DNA of 64,000 nt from Auanema rhodensis (taxonomy: Eukaryota > Animalia > Nematoda), in contig OZ059896.1 in NCBI GenBank assembly GCA_964057225.1, forward strand, positions 22,940,001 through 23,004,000. The letters are read 5' to 3'. Under the pieces are notes generated by a model, which saw nothing but the letters and a program-made list of their open reading frames with translations, was not told where the DNA came from and made no database searches. Positions 15,001 to 30,000 of the stretch are shown in pieces. Every line of letters begins with the position of its first letter. Position 1 is the stretch's first letter. The translations under genes were made by a program, and so were the position numbers.

Positions 15001-18000
15001 GAACTTTAATTTATGCTAATTAAATGTACACGTGATGTGCACTTGGTATGTAACTCGCTTCACGTGAAAGATAAAGAGATGCGGTTTTCAAAATTAGATT
15101 CCCCATGTCCATATTAGTCTAAAAACAAATTTTCATTAATATTGGTTTATGGTAACCATGTCTTTGAAATTTACGTGAACTTTAATTTATGCTAATTAAA
15201 TGTACACGTGATGTGCACTTGGTATGTAACTCGCTTCACGTGAAAGATAAAGAGATGCGGTTTTCAAAATTAGATTCCCCATGTCCATATTAGTCTAAAA
15301 ACAAATTTTTATTGATATTGGTTCATGGTAACCATGACTTTGAAATTTACGTGAACTTTAATTTATGCTAATTAAATGTACACGTGATGTGCACTTGGTA
15401 TGTAACTCGCTTCACGTGAAAGATAAAGAGATGCGGTTTTCAAAATTAGATTCCCCATGTTCATATTAGTCTAAAAACAAATTTTTATTAATAGTGGTTC
15501 ATGGTAACCATGTCTTTGAAATTTACGTGAACTTTAATTTATGCTAATTAAATGTACACGTGATGTGCACTTGGTATGTAACTCGCTTCACGTGAAAGAT
15601 AAAGAGATGCGGTTTTCAAAATTAGATTCCCCATGTCCATATTAGTCTAAAAACAAATTTTTATTGATATTGGTTCATGGTAACCATGACTTTGAAATTT
15701 ACGTGAACTTTAATTTATGCTAATTAAATGTACACGTGATGTGCACTTGGTATGTAACTCGCTTCACGTGAAAGATAAAGAGATGCGGTTTTCAAAATTA
15801 GATTATCCATGTCCATATTAGTCTAAAAACAAATTTTTATTAATATTGGTTCATGGTAACCATGTCTTTGAAATTTACGTGAACTTTAATTAATGCTAAT
15901 TAAATGTACACGTGATGTGCACTTGGTATGTAACTCGCTTCACGTGAAAGATAAAGAGATGCGGTTTTCAAAATTAGATTCCCCATGTCCATATTAGTCT
16001 AAAAACAAATTTTTATTGATATTGGTTCATGGTAACCATGACTTTGAAATTTACGTGAACTTTAATTTATGCTAATTAAATGTACACGTGATGTGCACTT
16101 GGTATGTAACTCGCTTCACGTAAAAGATAAAGAGATGCGGTTTTCAAAATTAGATTCCCCATGTCCATATTAGTCTAAAAACAAATTTTTATTAATATTG
16201 GTTCATGGTAACCATGTCTTTGAAATTTACGTGAACTTTAATTTATGCTAATTAAATGTACACGGGATGTGCACTTGGTATGTAACTCGCTTCACGTGAA
16301 AGATAAAGAGATGCGGTTTTCAAAATTAGATTCCCCATGTCCATATTAGTCTAAAAACAAATTTTTATTAATATTGGTTCATGGTAACCATGTCTTTGAA
16401 ATTTACGTGAACTTTAATTTATGCTAATTAAATGTACACGTGATGTGCACTTGGTATGTAACTCGCTTCACGTGAAAGATAAAGAGATGCGGTTTTCAAA
16501 ATTAGATTCCCCATGTCCATATTAGTCTAAAAACAAATTTTCATTAATATTGGTTTATGGTAACCATGTCTTTGAAATTTACGTGAACTTTAATTTATGC
16601 TAATTAAATGTACACGTGATGTGCACTTGGTATGTAACTCGCTTCACGTGAAAGATAAAGAGATGCGGTTTTCAAAATTAGATTCCCCATGTCCATATTA
16701 GTCTAAAAACAAATTTTTATTAATATTGGTTCATGGTAACCATGTCTTTGAAATTTACGTGAACTTTAATTTATGCTAATTAAATGTACACGTGATGTGC
16801 ACTTGGTATGTAACTCGCTTCACGTGAAAGATAAAGAGATGCGGTTTTCAAAATTAGATTATCCATGTCCATATTAGTCTAAAAACAAATTTTTATTAAT
16901 ATTGGTTCATGGTAACCATGTCTTTGAAATTTACGTGAAATTTAATTTATGCTAATTAAATGTACACGTGATGTGCACTTGGTATGTAACTCGCTTCACG
17001 TGAAAGATAAAGAGATGCGGTTTTCTAAATTAGATTCCCCATGTCCATATTAGTCTAAAAACAAATTTTTATTAATATTGGTTCATGGTAACCATGTCTT
17101 TGAAATTTACGTGAACTTTAATTTATGCTAATTAAATGTACACGTGATGTGCACTTGGTATGTAACTCGCTTCACGTGAAAGATAAAGAGATGCGGTTTT
17201 CAAAATTAGATTCCCCATGTCCATATTAGTCTAAAAACAAATTTTTATTAATATTGGTTCATGGTAACCATGTCTTTGAAATTTACGTGAACTTTAATTT
17301 ATGCTAATTGAATGTACACGTGATGTGCACTTGGTATGTAACTCGCTTCACGTGAAAGATAAAGAGATGCGGTTTTCAAAATTAGATTCCCCATGTCCAT
17401 ATTAGTCTAAAAACAAATTTTTATTGATATTGGTTCATGGTAACCATGACTTTGAAATTTACGTGAACTTTAATTTATGCTAATTAAATGTACACGTGAT
17501 GTGCTCTTGGTATGTAACTCGCTTCACGTGAAAGATAAAGAGATGCGGTTTTCAAAATTAGATTCCCCATGTCCATATTAGTCTAAAAACAAATTTTTAT
17601 TGATATTGGTTCATGGTAACCATGACTTTGAAATTTACGTGAACTTTAATTTATGCTAATTAAATGTACACGTGATGTGCTCTTGGTATGTAACTCGCTT
17701 CACTTGAAAGATAAAGAGATGCGGTTTTCAAAATTAGATTCCCCATGTCCATATTAGTCTAAAAACAAATTTTTATTGATATTGGTTCATGGTAACCATG
17801 ACTTTGAAATTTACGTGAACTTTAATTTATGCTAATTAAATGTACACGTGATGTGCTCTTGGTATGTAACTCGCTTCACGTGAAAGATAAAGAGATGCGG
17901 TTTTCAAAATTAGATTCCCCATGTCCATATTAGTCTAAAAACAAATTTTTATTAATATTGGTTCATGGTAACCATGTCTTTGAAATTTACGTGAACTTTA

Positions 18001-21000
18001 ATTTATGCTAATTAAATGTACACGTGATGTGCACTTGGTATGTAACTCGCTTCACGTGAAAGATAAAGAGATGCGGTTTTCAAAATTAGATTCCCCATGC
18101 CCATATTAGTCTAAAAACAAATTTTTATTGATATTGCTTCATGGTAACCATGACTTTGAAATTTACGTGAACTTTAATTTATGCTAATTAAATGTACACG
18201 TGATGTGCACTTGGTATGTAACTCGCTTCACGTGAAAGATAAAGAGATGCGGTTTTCAAAATTAGATTCCCCATGTCCATATTAGTCTAAAAACAAATTT
18301 TTATTAATATTGGTTCATGGTAACCATGTCTTTGAAATTTACGTGAACTTTAATTTATGCTAATTAAATGTACACGTGATGTGCACTTGGTATGTAACTC
18401 GCTTCACGTGAAAGATAAAGAGATGCGGTTTTCAAAATTAGATTCCCCATGTCCATATTAGTCTAAAAACAAATTTTTATTAATATTGGTTCATGGTAAC
18501 CATGTCTTTGAAATTTACGTGAACTTTAATTTATGCTAATTAAATGTACACGTGATGTGCTCTTGGTATGTAACTCGCTTCACGTGAAAGATAAAGAGAT
18601 GCGGTTTTCAAAATTAGATTCCCCATGTCCATATTAGTCTAAAAACAAATTTTTATTAATATTGGTTCATGGTAACCATGTCTTTGAAATTTACGTGAAC
18701 TTTAATTTATGCTAATTAAATGTACACGTGATGTGCACTTGGTATGTAACTCGCTTCACGTGAAAGATAAAAAGATGCGGTTTTCAAAATTAGATTCCCC
18801 ATGTCCATATTAGTATAAAAACAAATTTTTATTAATATTGGTTCATGGTAACCATGTCTTTGAAATTTACGTGAACTTTAATTTATGCTAATTAAATGTA
18901 CACTTGATGTGCACTTGGTATGTAACTCGCTTCATGTGAAAGATAAAGAGATGCGGTTTTCAAAATTAGATTCCCCATGTCCATATTAGTCTAAAAACAA
19001 ATTTTTATTGATATTGGTTCATGGTAACCATGACTTTGAAATTTACGTGAACTTTAATTTATGCTAATTAAATGTACACGTGATGTGCACTTGGTATGTA
19101 ACTCGCTTCACGTGAAAGATAAAGAGATGCGGTTTTCAAAATTAGATTCCCCATGTCCATATTAGTCTAAAAACAAATTTTTATTGATATTGGTTCATGG
19201 TAACCATGACTTTGAAATTTACGTGAACTTTAATTTATGCTAATTAAATGTACACGTGATGTGCACTTGGTATGTAACTCGCTTCACGTGAAAGATAAAG
19301 AGATGCGGTTTTCAAAATTAGATTCCCCATGTCCATATTAGTCTAAAAACAAATTTTTATTAATATTGGTTCATGGTAACCATGTCTTTGAAATTTACGT
19401 GAACTTTAATTTATGCTAATTAAATGTACACGTGATGTGCACTTGGTATGTAACTCGCTTCACGTGAAAGATAAAGAGATGCGGTTTTCAAAATTAGATT
19501 CCCCATGTCCATATTAGTCTAAAAACAAATTTTCATTAATATTGGTTTATGGTAACCATGTCTTTGAAATTTACGTGAACTTTAATTTATGCTAATTAAA
19601 TGTACACGTGATGTGCACTTGGTATGTAACTCGCTTCACGTGAAAGATAAAGAGATGCGGTTTTCAAAATTAGATTCCCCATGTCCATATTAGTCTAAAA
19701 ACAAATTTTTATTAATATTGGTTCATGGTAACCATGTCTTTGAAATTTACGTGAACTTTAATTTATGCTAATTAAATGTACACGTGATGTGCACTTGGTA
19801 TGTAACTCGCTTCACGTGAAAGATAAAGAGATGAGGTTTTCAAAATTAGATTCCCCATGTCCATATTAGTCTAAAAACAAATTTTTATTAATATTGGTTC
19901 ATGGTAACCATGTCTTTGAAATTTACGTGAACTTTAATTTATGCTAATTAAATGTACACGTGATGTGCACTTGGTATGTAACTCGCTTCACGTGAAAGAT
20001 AAAGAGATGCGGTTTTCAAAATTAGATTCCCCATGTCCATATTAGTCTAAAAACAAATTTTTATTAATATTGGTTCATGGTAACCATGTCTTTGAAATTT
20101 ACGTGAACTTTAATTTATGCTAATTGAATGTACACGTGATGTGCACTTGGTATGTAACTCGCTTCACGTGAAAGATAAAGAGATGCGGTTTTCAAAATTA
20201 GATTCCCCATGTCCATATTAGTCTAAAAACAAATTTTTATTGATATTGGTTCATGGTAACCATGACTTTGAAATTTACGTGAACTTTAATTTATGCTAAT
20301 TAAATGTACACGTGATGTGCTCTTGGTATGTAACTCGCTTCACGTGAAAGATAAAGAGATGCGGTTTTCAAAATTAGATTCCCCATGTCCATATTAGTCT
20401 AAAAACAAATTTTTATTGATATTGGTTCATGGTAACCATGACTTTGAAATTTACGTGAACTTTAATTTATGCTAATTAAATGTACACGTGATGTGCTCTT
20501 GGTATGTAACTCGCTTCACTTGAAAGATAAAGAGATGCGGTTTTCAAAATTAGATTCCCCATGTCCATATTAGTCTAAAAACAAATTTTTATTGATATTG
20601 GTTCATGGTAACCATGACTTTGAAATTTACGTGAACTTTAATTTATGCTAATTAAATGTACACGTGATGTGCTCTTGGTATGTAACTCGCTTCACGTGAA
20701 AGATAAAGAGATGCGGTTTTCAAAATTAGATTCCCCATGTCCATATTAGTCTAAAAACAAATTTTTATTAATATTGGTTCATGGTAACCATGTCTTTGAA
20801 ATTTACGTGAACTTTAATTTATGCTAATTAAATGTACACGTGATGTGCACTTGGTATGTAACTCGCTTCACGTGAAAGATAAAGAGATGCGGTTTTCAAA
20901 ATTAGATTCCCCATGCCCATATTAGTCTAAAAACAAATTTTTATTGATATTGCTTCATGGTAACCATGACTTTGAAATTTACGTGAACTTTAATTTATGC

Positions 21001-24000
21001 TAATTAAATGTACACGTGATGTGCACTTGGTATGTAACTCGCTTCACGTGAAAGATAAAGAGATGCGGTTTTCAAAATTAGATTCCCCATGTCCATATTA
21101 GTCTAAAAACAAATTTTTATTAATATTGGTTCATGGTAACCATGTCTTTGAAATTTACGTGAACTTTAATTTATGCTAATTAAATGTACACGTGATGTGC
21201 ACTTGGTATGTAACTCGCTTCACGTGAAAGATAAAGAGATGCGGTTTTCAAAATTAGATTCCCCATGTCCATATTAGTCTAAAAACAAATTTTTATTAAT
21301 ATTGGTTCATGGTAACCATGTCTTTGAAATTTACGTGAACTTTAATTTATGCTAATTAAATGTACACGTGATGTGCTCTTGGTATGTAACTCGCTTCACG
21401 TGAAAGATAAAGAGATGCGGTTTTCAAAATTAGATTCCCCATGTCCATATTAGTCTAAAAACAAATTTTTATTAATATTGGTTCATGGTAACCATGTCTT
21501 TGAAATTTACGTGAACTTTAATTTATGCTAATTAAATGTACACGTGATGTGCACTTGGTATGTAACTCGCTTCACGTGAAAGATAAAAAGATGCGGTTTT
21601 CAAAATTAGATTCCCCATGTCCATATTAGTATAAAAACAAATTTTTATTAATATTGGTTCATGGTAACCATGTCTTTGAAATTTACGTGAACTTTAATTA
21701 ATGCTAATTAAATGTACACTTGATGTGCACTTGGTATGTAACTCGCTTCACGTGAAAGATAAAGAGATGCGGTTTTCAAAATTAGATTCCCCATGTCCAT
21801 ATTAGTCTAAAAACAAATTTTTATTGATATTGGTTCATGGTAACCATGACTTTGAAATTTACGTGAACTTTAATTTATGCTAATTAAATGTACACGTGAT
21901 GTGCACTTGGTATGTAACTCGCTTCACGTGAAAGATAAAGAGATGCGGTTTTCAAAATTAGATTCCCCATGTCCATATTAGTCTAAAAACAAATTTTTAT
22001 TGATATTGGTTCATGGTAACCATGACTTTGAAATTTACGTGAACTTTAATTTATGCTAATTAAATGTACACGTGATGTGCACTTGGTATGTAACTCGCTT
22101 CACGTGAAAGATAAAGAGATGCGGTTTTCAAAATTAGATTCCCCATGTCCATATTAGTCTAAAAACAAATTTTTATTAATATTGGTTCATGGTAACCATG
22201 TCTTTGAAATTTACGTGAACTTTAATTTATGCTAATTAAATGTACACGTGATGTGCACTTGGTATGTAACTCGCTTCACGTGAAAGATAAAGAGATGCGG
22301 TTTTCAAAATTAGATTCCCCATGTCCATATTAGTCTAAAAACAAATTTTCATTAATATTGGTTTATGGTAACCATGTCTTTGAAATTTACGTGAACTTTA
22401 ATTTATGCTAATTAAATGTACACGTGATGTGCACTTGGTATGTAACTCGCTTCACGTGAAAGATAAAGAGATGCGGTTTTCAAAATTAGATTCCCCATGT
22501 CCATATTAGTCTAAAAACAAATTTTTATTAATATTGGTTCATGGTAACCATGTCTTTGAAATTTACGTGAACTTTAATTTATGCTAATTAAATGTACACG
22601 TGATGTGCACTTGGTATGTAACTCGCTTCACGTGAAAGATAAAGAGATGCGGTTTTCAAAATTAGATTCCCCATGTCCATATTAGTCTAAAAACAAATTT
22701 TCATTAATATTGGTTTATGGTAACCATGTCTTTGAAATTTACGTGAACTTTAATTTATGCTAATTAAATGTACACGTGATGTGCACTTGGTATGTAACTC
22801 GCTTCACGTGAAAGATAAAGAGATGCGGTTTTCAAAATTAGATTCCCCATAACCATATTAGTCTAAAAACAAATTTTTATTAATATTGGTTCATGGTAAC
22901 CATGTCTTTGAAATTTACGTGAACTTTAATTTATGCTAATTAAATGTACACGTGATGTGCACTTGGTATGTAACTCGCTTCACGTGAAAGATAAAGAGAT
23001 GCGGTTTTCAAAATTAGATTCCCCATGTCCATATTAGTCTAAAAACAAATTTTTATTAATATTGGTTCATGGTAACCATGTCTTTGAAATTTACGTGAAA
23101 TTTAATTTATGCTAATTAAATGTACACGTGATGTGCACTTGGTATGTAACTCGCTTCACGTGAAAGATAAAGAGATGCGGTTTTCTAAATTAGATTCCCC
23201 ATGTCCATATTAGTCTAAAAACAAATTTTTATTAATATTGGTTCATGGTAACCATGTCTTTGAAATTTACGTGAACTTTAATTTATGCTAATTAAATGTA
23301 CACGTGATGTGCACTTGGTATGTAACTCGTTTCACGTGAAAGATAAAGAGATGCGGTTTTCAAAATTAGATTCCCCATGTCCATATTAGTCTAAAAACAA
23401 ATTTTTATTAATATTGGTTCATGGTAACCATGTCTTTGAAATTTACGTGAACTTTAATTTATGCTAATTAAATGTACACGTGATGTGCACTTGGTATGTA
23501 ACTCGCTTCACGTGAAAGATAAAGAGATGCGGTTTTCAAAATTAGATTCCCCATGTCCATATTAGTCTAAAAACAAATTTTTATTAATATTGGTTCATGG
23601 TAACCATGTCTTTGAAATTTACGTGAAATTTAATTTATGCTAATTAAATGTACACGTGATGTGCACTTGGTATGTAACTCGCTTCACGTGAAAGATAAAG
23701 AGATGCGGTTTTCTAAATTAGATTCCCCATGTCCATATTAGTCTAAAAACAAATTTTTATTAATATTGGTTCATGGTAACCATGTCTTTGAAATTTACGT
23801 GAACTTTAATTTATGCTAATTAAATGTACACGTGATGTGCACTTGGTATGTAACTCGCTTCACGTGAAAGATAAAGAGATGCGGTTTTCAAAATTAGATT
23901 CCCCATGTCCATATTAGTCTAAAAACAAATTTTTATTAATATTGGTTCATGGTAACCATGTCTTTGAAATTTACGTGAACTTTAATTTATGCTAATTGAA

Positions 24001-27000
24001 TGTACACGTGATGTGCACTTGGTATGTAACTCGCTTCACGTGAAAGATAAAGAGATGCGGTTTTCAAAATTAGATTCCCCATGTCCATATTAGTCTAAAA
24101 ACAAATTTTTATTGATATTGGTTCATGGTAACCATGACTTTGAAACTTACGTGAACTTTAATTTATGCTAATTAAATGTACACGTGATGTGCTCTTGGTA
24201 TGTAACTCGCTTCACGTGAAAGATAAAGAGATGCGGTTTTCAAAATTAGATTCCACATGTCCATATTAGTCTAAAAACAAATTTTTATTGATATTGGTTC
24301 ATGGTAACCATGACTTTGAAATTTACGTGAACTTTAATTTATGCTAATTAAATGTACACGTGATGTGCTCTTGGTATGTAACTCGCTTCACTTGAAAGAT
24401 AAAGAGATGCGGTTTTCAAAATTAGATTCCCCATGTCCATATTAGTCTAAAAACAAATTTTTATTGATATTGGTTCATGGTAACCATGACTTTGAAATTT
24501 ACGTGAACTTTAATTTATGCTAATTAAATGTACACGTGATGTGCTCTTGGTATGTAACTCGCTTCACGTGAAAGATAAAGAGATGCGGTTTTCAAAATTA
24601 GATTTACCATGTCCATATTAGTCTAAAAACAGATTTTTATTAATATTGGTTCATGGTAACCATGTCTTTGAAATTTACGTGAACTTTAATTTATGCTAAT
24701 TAAATGTACACGTGATGTGCACTTGGTATGTAACTCGCTTCACGTGAAAGATAAAGAGATGCGGTTTTCAAAATTAGATTCCCCATGCCCATATTAGTCT
24801 AAAAACAAATTTTTATTGATATTGCTTCATGGTAACCATGACTTTGAAATTTACGTGAACTTTAATTTATGCTAATTAAATGTACACGTGATGTGCACTT
24901 GGTATGTAACTCGCTTCACGTGAAAGATAAAGAGATGCGGTTTTCAAAATTAGATTCCCCATGTCCATATTAGTCTAAAAACAAATTTTTATTAATATTG
25001 GTTCATGGTAACCATGTCTTTGAAATTTACGTGAACTTTAATTTATGCTAATTAAATGTACACGTGATGTGCACTTGGTATGTAACTCGCTTCACGTGAA
25101 AGATAAAGAGATGCGGTTTTCAAAATTAGATTCCCCATGTCCATATTAGTCTAAAAACAAATTTTTATTAATATTGGTTCATGGTAACCATGTCTTTGAA
25201 ATTTACGTGAACTTTAATTTATGCTAATTAAATGTACACGTGATGTGCTCTTGGTATGTAACTCGCTTCACGTGAAAGATAAAGAGATGCGGTTTTCAAA
25301 ATTAGATTCCCCATGTCCATATTAGTCTAAAAACAAATTTTTATTAATATTGGTTCATGGTAACCATGTCTTTGAAATTTACGTGAACTTTAATTTATGC
25401 TAATTAAATGTACACGTGATGTGCACTTGGTATGTAACTCGCTTCACGTGAAAGATAAAGAGATGCGGTTCTCAAAATTAGATTCCCCATGTCCATATTA
25501 GTCTAAAAACAAATTTTTATTGATATTGGTTCATGGTAACCATGACTTTGAAATTTACGTGAACTTTAATTTATGCTAATTAAATGTACACGTGATGTGC
25601 TCTTGGTATGTAACTCGCTTCACGTGAAAGATAAAGAGATGCGGTTTTCAAAATTAGATTCCCCATGTCCATATTAGTATAAAAACAAATTTTTATTAAT
25701 ATTGGTTCATGGTAACCATGTCTTTGAAATTTACGTGTACTTTAATTTATGCTAATTAAATGTACACGTGATGTGCACTTGGTATGTAACTCGCTTCACG
25801 TGAAAGATAAAGAGATGCGGTTTTCAAAATTAGATTCCCCATGTCCATATTAGTCTAAAAACAAATTTTTATTGATATTGGTTCATGGTAACCATGACTT
25901 TGAAATTTACGTGAACTTTAATTTATGCTAATTAAATGTACACGTGATGTGCACTTGGTATGTAACTCGCTTCACGTGAAAGATAAAGAGATGCGGTTTT
26001 CAAAATTAGATTCCCCATGTCCATATTAGTCTAAAAACAAATTTTTATTGATATTGGTTCATGGTAACCATGACTTTGAAATTTACGTGAACTTTAATTT
26101 ATGCTAATTAAATGTACACGTGATGTGCACTTGGTATGTAACTCGCTTCACGTGAAAGATAAAGAGATGCGGTTTTCAAAATTAGATTCCCCATGTCCAT
26201 ATTAGTCTAAAAACAAATTTTTATTAATATTGGTTCATGGTAACCATGTCTTTGAAATTTACGTGAACTTTAATTTATGCTAATTAAATGTACACGTGAT
26301 GTGCACTTGGTATGTAACTCGCTTCACGTGAAAGATAAAAAGATGCGGTTTTCAAAATTAGATTCCCCATGTCCATATTAGTATAAAAACAAATTTTTAT
26401 TAATATTGGTTCATGGTAACCATGTCTTTGAAATTTACGTGAACTTTAATTTATGCTAATTAAATGTACACTTGATGTGCACTTGGTATGTAACTCGCTT
26501 CACGTGAAAGATAAAGAGATGCGGTTTTCAAAATTAGATTCCCCATGTCCATATTAGTCTAAAAACAAATTTTTATTGATATTGGTTCATGGTAACCATG
26601 ACTTTGAAATTTACGTGAACTTTAATTTATGCTAATTAAATGTACACGTGATGTGCACTTGGTATGTAACTCGCTTCACGTGAAAGATAAAGAGATGCGG
26701 TTTTCAAAATTAGATTCCCCATGTCCATATTAGTCTAAAAACAAATTTTTATTGATATTGGTTCATGGTAACCATGACTTTGAAATTTACGTGAACTTTA
26801 ATTTATGCTAATTAAATGTACACGTGATGTGCACTTGGTATGTAACTCGCTTCACGTGAAAGATAAAGAGATGCGGTTTTCAAAATTAGATTCCCCATGT
26901 CCATATTAGTCTAAACACAAATTTTTATTAATATTGGTTCATGGTAACCATGTCTTTGAAATTTACGTGAAATTTAATTTATGCTAATTAAATGTACACG

Positions 27001-30000
27001 TGATGTGCACTTGGTATGTAACTCGCTTCACGTGAAAGATAAAGAGATGCGGTTTTCAAAATTAGATTCCCCATGTCCATATTAGTCTAAAAACAAATTT
27101 TTATTAATATTGGTTCATGGTAACCATGTCTTTGAAATTTACGTGAACTTCAATTTATGCTAATTAAATGTACACGTGATGTGCACTTGGTATGTAACTC
27201 GCTTCACGTCAAAGATAAAGAGATGCGGTTTTCAAAATTAGATTCCTCATGTCCATATTAGTCTAAAAACAAATTTTTATTAATATTGGTTCATGGTAAC
27301 CATGTCTTTGAAATTTACGTGAACTTTAATTTATGCTAATTAAATGTACACGTGATGTGCACTTGGTATGTAACTCGCTTCACGTGAAAGATAAAGAGAT
27401 GCGGTTTTCAAAATTAGTTCCCCATGTCCATATTAGTCTAAAAACAAATTTTTATTGATATTGGTTCATGGTAACCATGACTTTGAAATTTACGTGAACT
27501 TTAATTTATGCTAATTAAATGTACACGTGATGTGCACTTGGTATGTAACTCGCTTCACGTGAAAGATAAAGAGATGCGGTTTTCAAAATTAGATTCCCCA
27601 TGTCCATATTAGTCTAAAAACAAATTTTTATTGATATTGGTTCATGGTAACCATGACTTTGAAATTTACGTGAACTTTAATTTATGCTAATTAAATGTAC
27701 ACGTGATGTGCACTTGGTATGTAACTCGCTTCACGTGAAAGATGAAGAGATGCGGTTTTCAAAATTAGATTCCCCATGTCCATATTAGTCTAAAAACAAA
27801 TTTTTATTGATATTGGTGCATGGTAACCATGACTTTGAAATTTACGTGAACTTTAATTTATGCTAATTAAATGTACACGTGATGTGCACTTGGTATGTAA
27901 CTCGCTTCACGTGAAAGATAAAGAGATGCGGTTTTCAAAATTAGATTCCCCATGTCCATATTAGTCTAAAAACAAATTTTTATTGATATTGGTGCATGGT
28001 AACCTTGACTTTGAAATTTACGTGAACTTTAATTTATGCTAATTAAATGTACACGTGATGTGCACTTGGTATGTAACTCGCTTCACGTGAAAGATAAAGA
28101 GATGCGGTTTTCAAAATTAGATTCCCCATGTCCATATTAGTCTAAAAACAAATTTTTATTGATATTGGTGCATGGTAACCATGACTTTGAAATTTACGTG
28201 AACTTTAATTTATGCTAATTAAATGTACACGTGATGTGCACTTGGTATGTAACTCGCTTCACGTGAAAGATGAAGAGATGCGGTTTTCAAAATTAGATTC
28301 CCCATGTCCATATTAGTCTAAAAACAAATTTTTATTAATATTGGTTCATGGTAACCATGTCTTTGAAATTTACGTGAACTTCAATTTATGCTAATTAAAT
28401 GTACACGTGATGTGCACTTGGTATGTAACTCGCTTCACGTCAAAGATAAAGAGATGCGGTTTTCAAAATTAGATTCCTCATGTCCATATTAGTCTAAAAA
28501 CAAATTTTTATTAATATTGGTTCATGGTAACCATGTCTTTGAAATTTACGTGAACTTTAATTTATGCTAATTAAATGTACACGTGATGTGCACTTGGTAT
28601 GTAACTCGCTTCACGTGAAAGATAAAGAGATGCGGTTTTCAAAATTAGATTCCACATGTCCATATTAGTCTAAAAACAAATTTTTATTAATATTGGTTCA
28701 TGGTAACCATGTCTTTGAAATTTACGTGAACTTTAATTTATGCTAATTAAATGTACACGTGATGTGCTCTTGGTATGTAACTCGCTTCACATGAAAGATA
28801 AAGAGATGCAGTTCTCAAAATTAGATTCCCCATGTCCATATTAGTCTAAAAACAAATTTTTATTAATATTGGTTCATGGTAACCATGTCTTTGAAATTTA
28901 CGTGAACTTTAATTTATGCTAATTAAATGTACACGTGATGTGCACTTGGTATGTAACTCGCTTCACGTGAAAGATAAAGAGATGCGGTTTTCAAAATTAG
29001 ATTCCCCATGTCCATATTAGTCTAAAAACAAATTTTTATTGATATTGGTTCATGGTAACCATGACTTTGAAATTTACGTGAACTTTAATTTATGCTAATT
29101 AAATGTACACGTGATGTGCACTTGGTATGTAACTCGCTTCACGTGAAAGATAAAGAGATGCGGTTTTCAAAATTAGATTCCCCATGTCCATATTAGTCTA
29201 AAAACAAATTTTTATTAATATTGGTTCATGGTAACCATGATTTTGAAATTTACGTGAACTTTAATTTATGCTAATTAAATGTACACGTGATGTGCACTTG
29301 GTATGTAACTCGCTTCACGTGAAAGATAAAGAAATGCGGTTTTCAAAATTAGATTCCCCATGTCCATTTTAGTCTAAAAACAAATTTTTATTGATATTGG
29401 TTCATGGTAACCATGACTTTGAAATTTACGTGAACTTTAATTTATGCAAATTAAATGTACACGTGATGTGCACTTGGTATGTAACTCGCTTCACGTGAAA
29501 GATAAAGAGATGCGGTTTTCAAAATTAGATTCCCCATGTCCATATTAGTCTAAAAACAAATTTTTATTAATATTGGTTCATGGTAACCATGTCTTTGAAA
29601 TTTACGCGAACTTTAATTTATGCTAATTAAATGTACACGTGATGTGCTCTTGGTATGTAACTCGCTTCACGTGAAAGATAAAGAGATGCGGTTTTCAAAA
29701 TTAGATTCTCCATGTCCATATTAGTCTAAAAACAAATTTTTATTGATATTGGTTCATGGTAACCATGACTTTGAAATTTACGTGAACTTTAATTTATGCT
29801 AATTAAATGTACACGTGATGTGCACTTGGTATGTAACTCGCTTCACGTGAAAGATAAAGAGTTGCGGTTTTTGAAATTAGATTCCCCATGTCCATATTAG
29901 TCTAAAAACAAATTTTTATTAATATTGGTTCATGGTAACCATGTCTTTGAAATTTACGTGAACTTTAATTTATGCTAATTAAATGTACACGTGATGTGCA

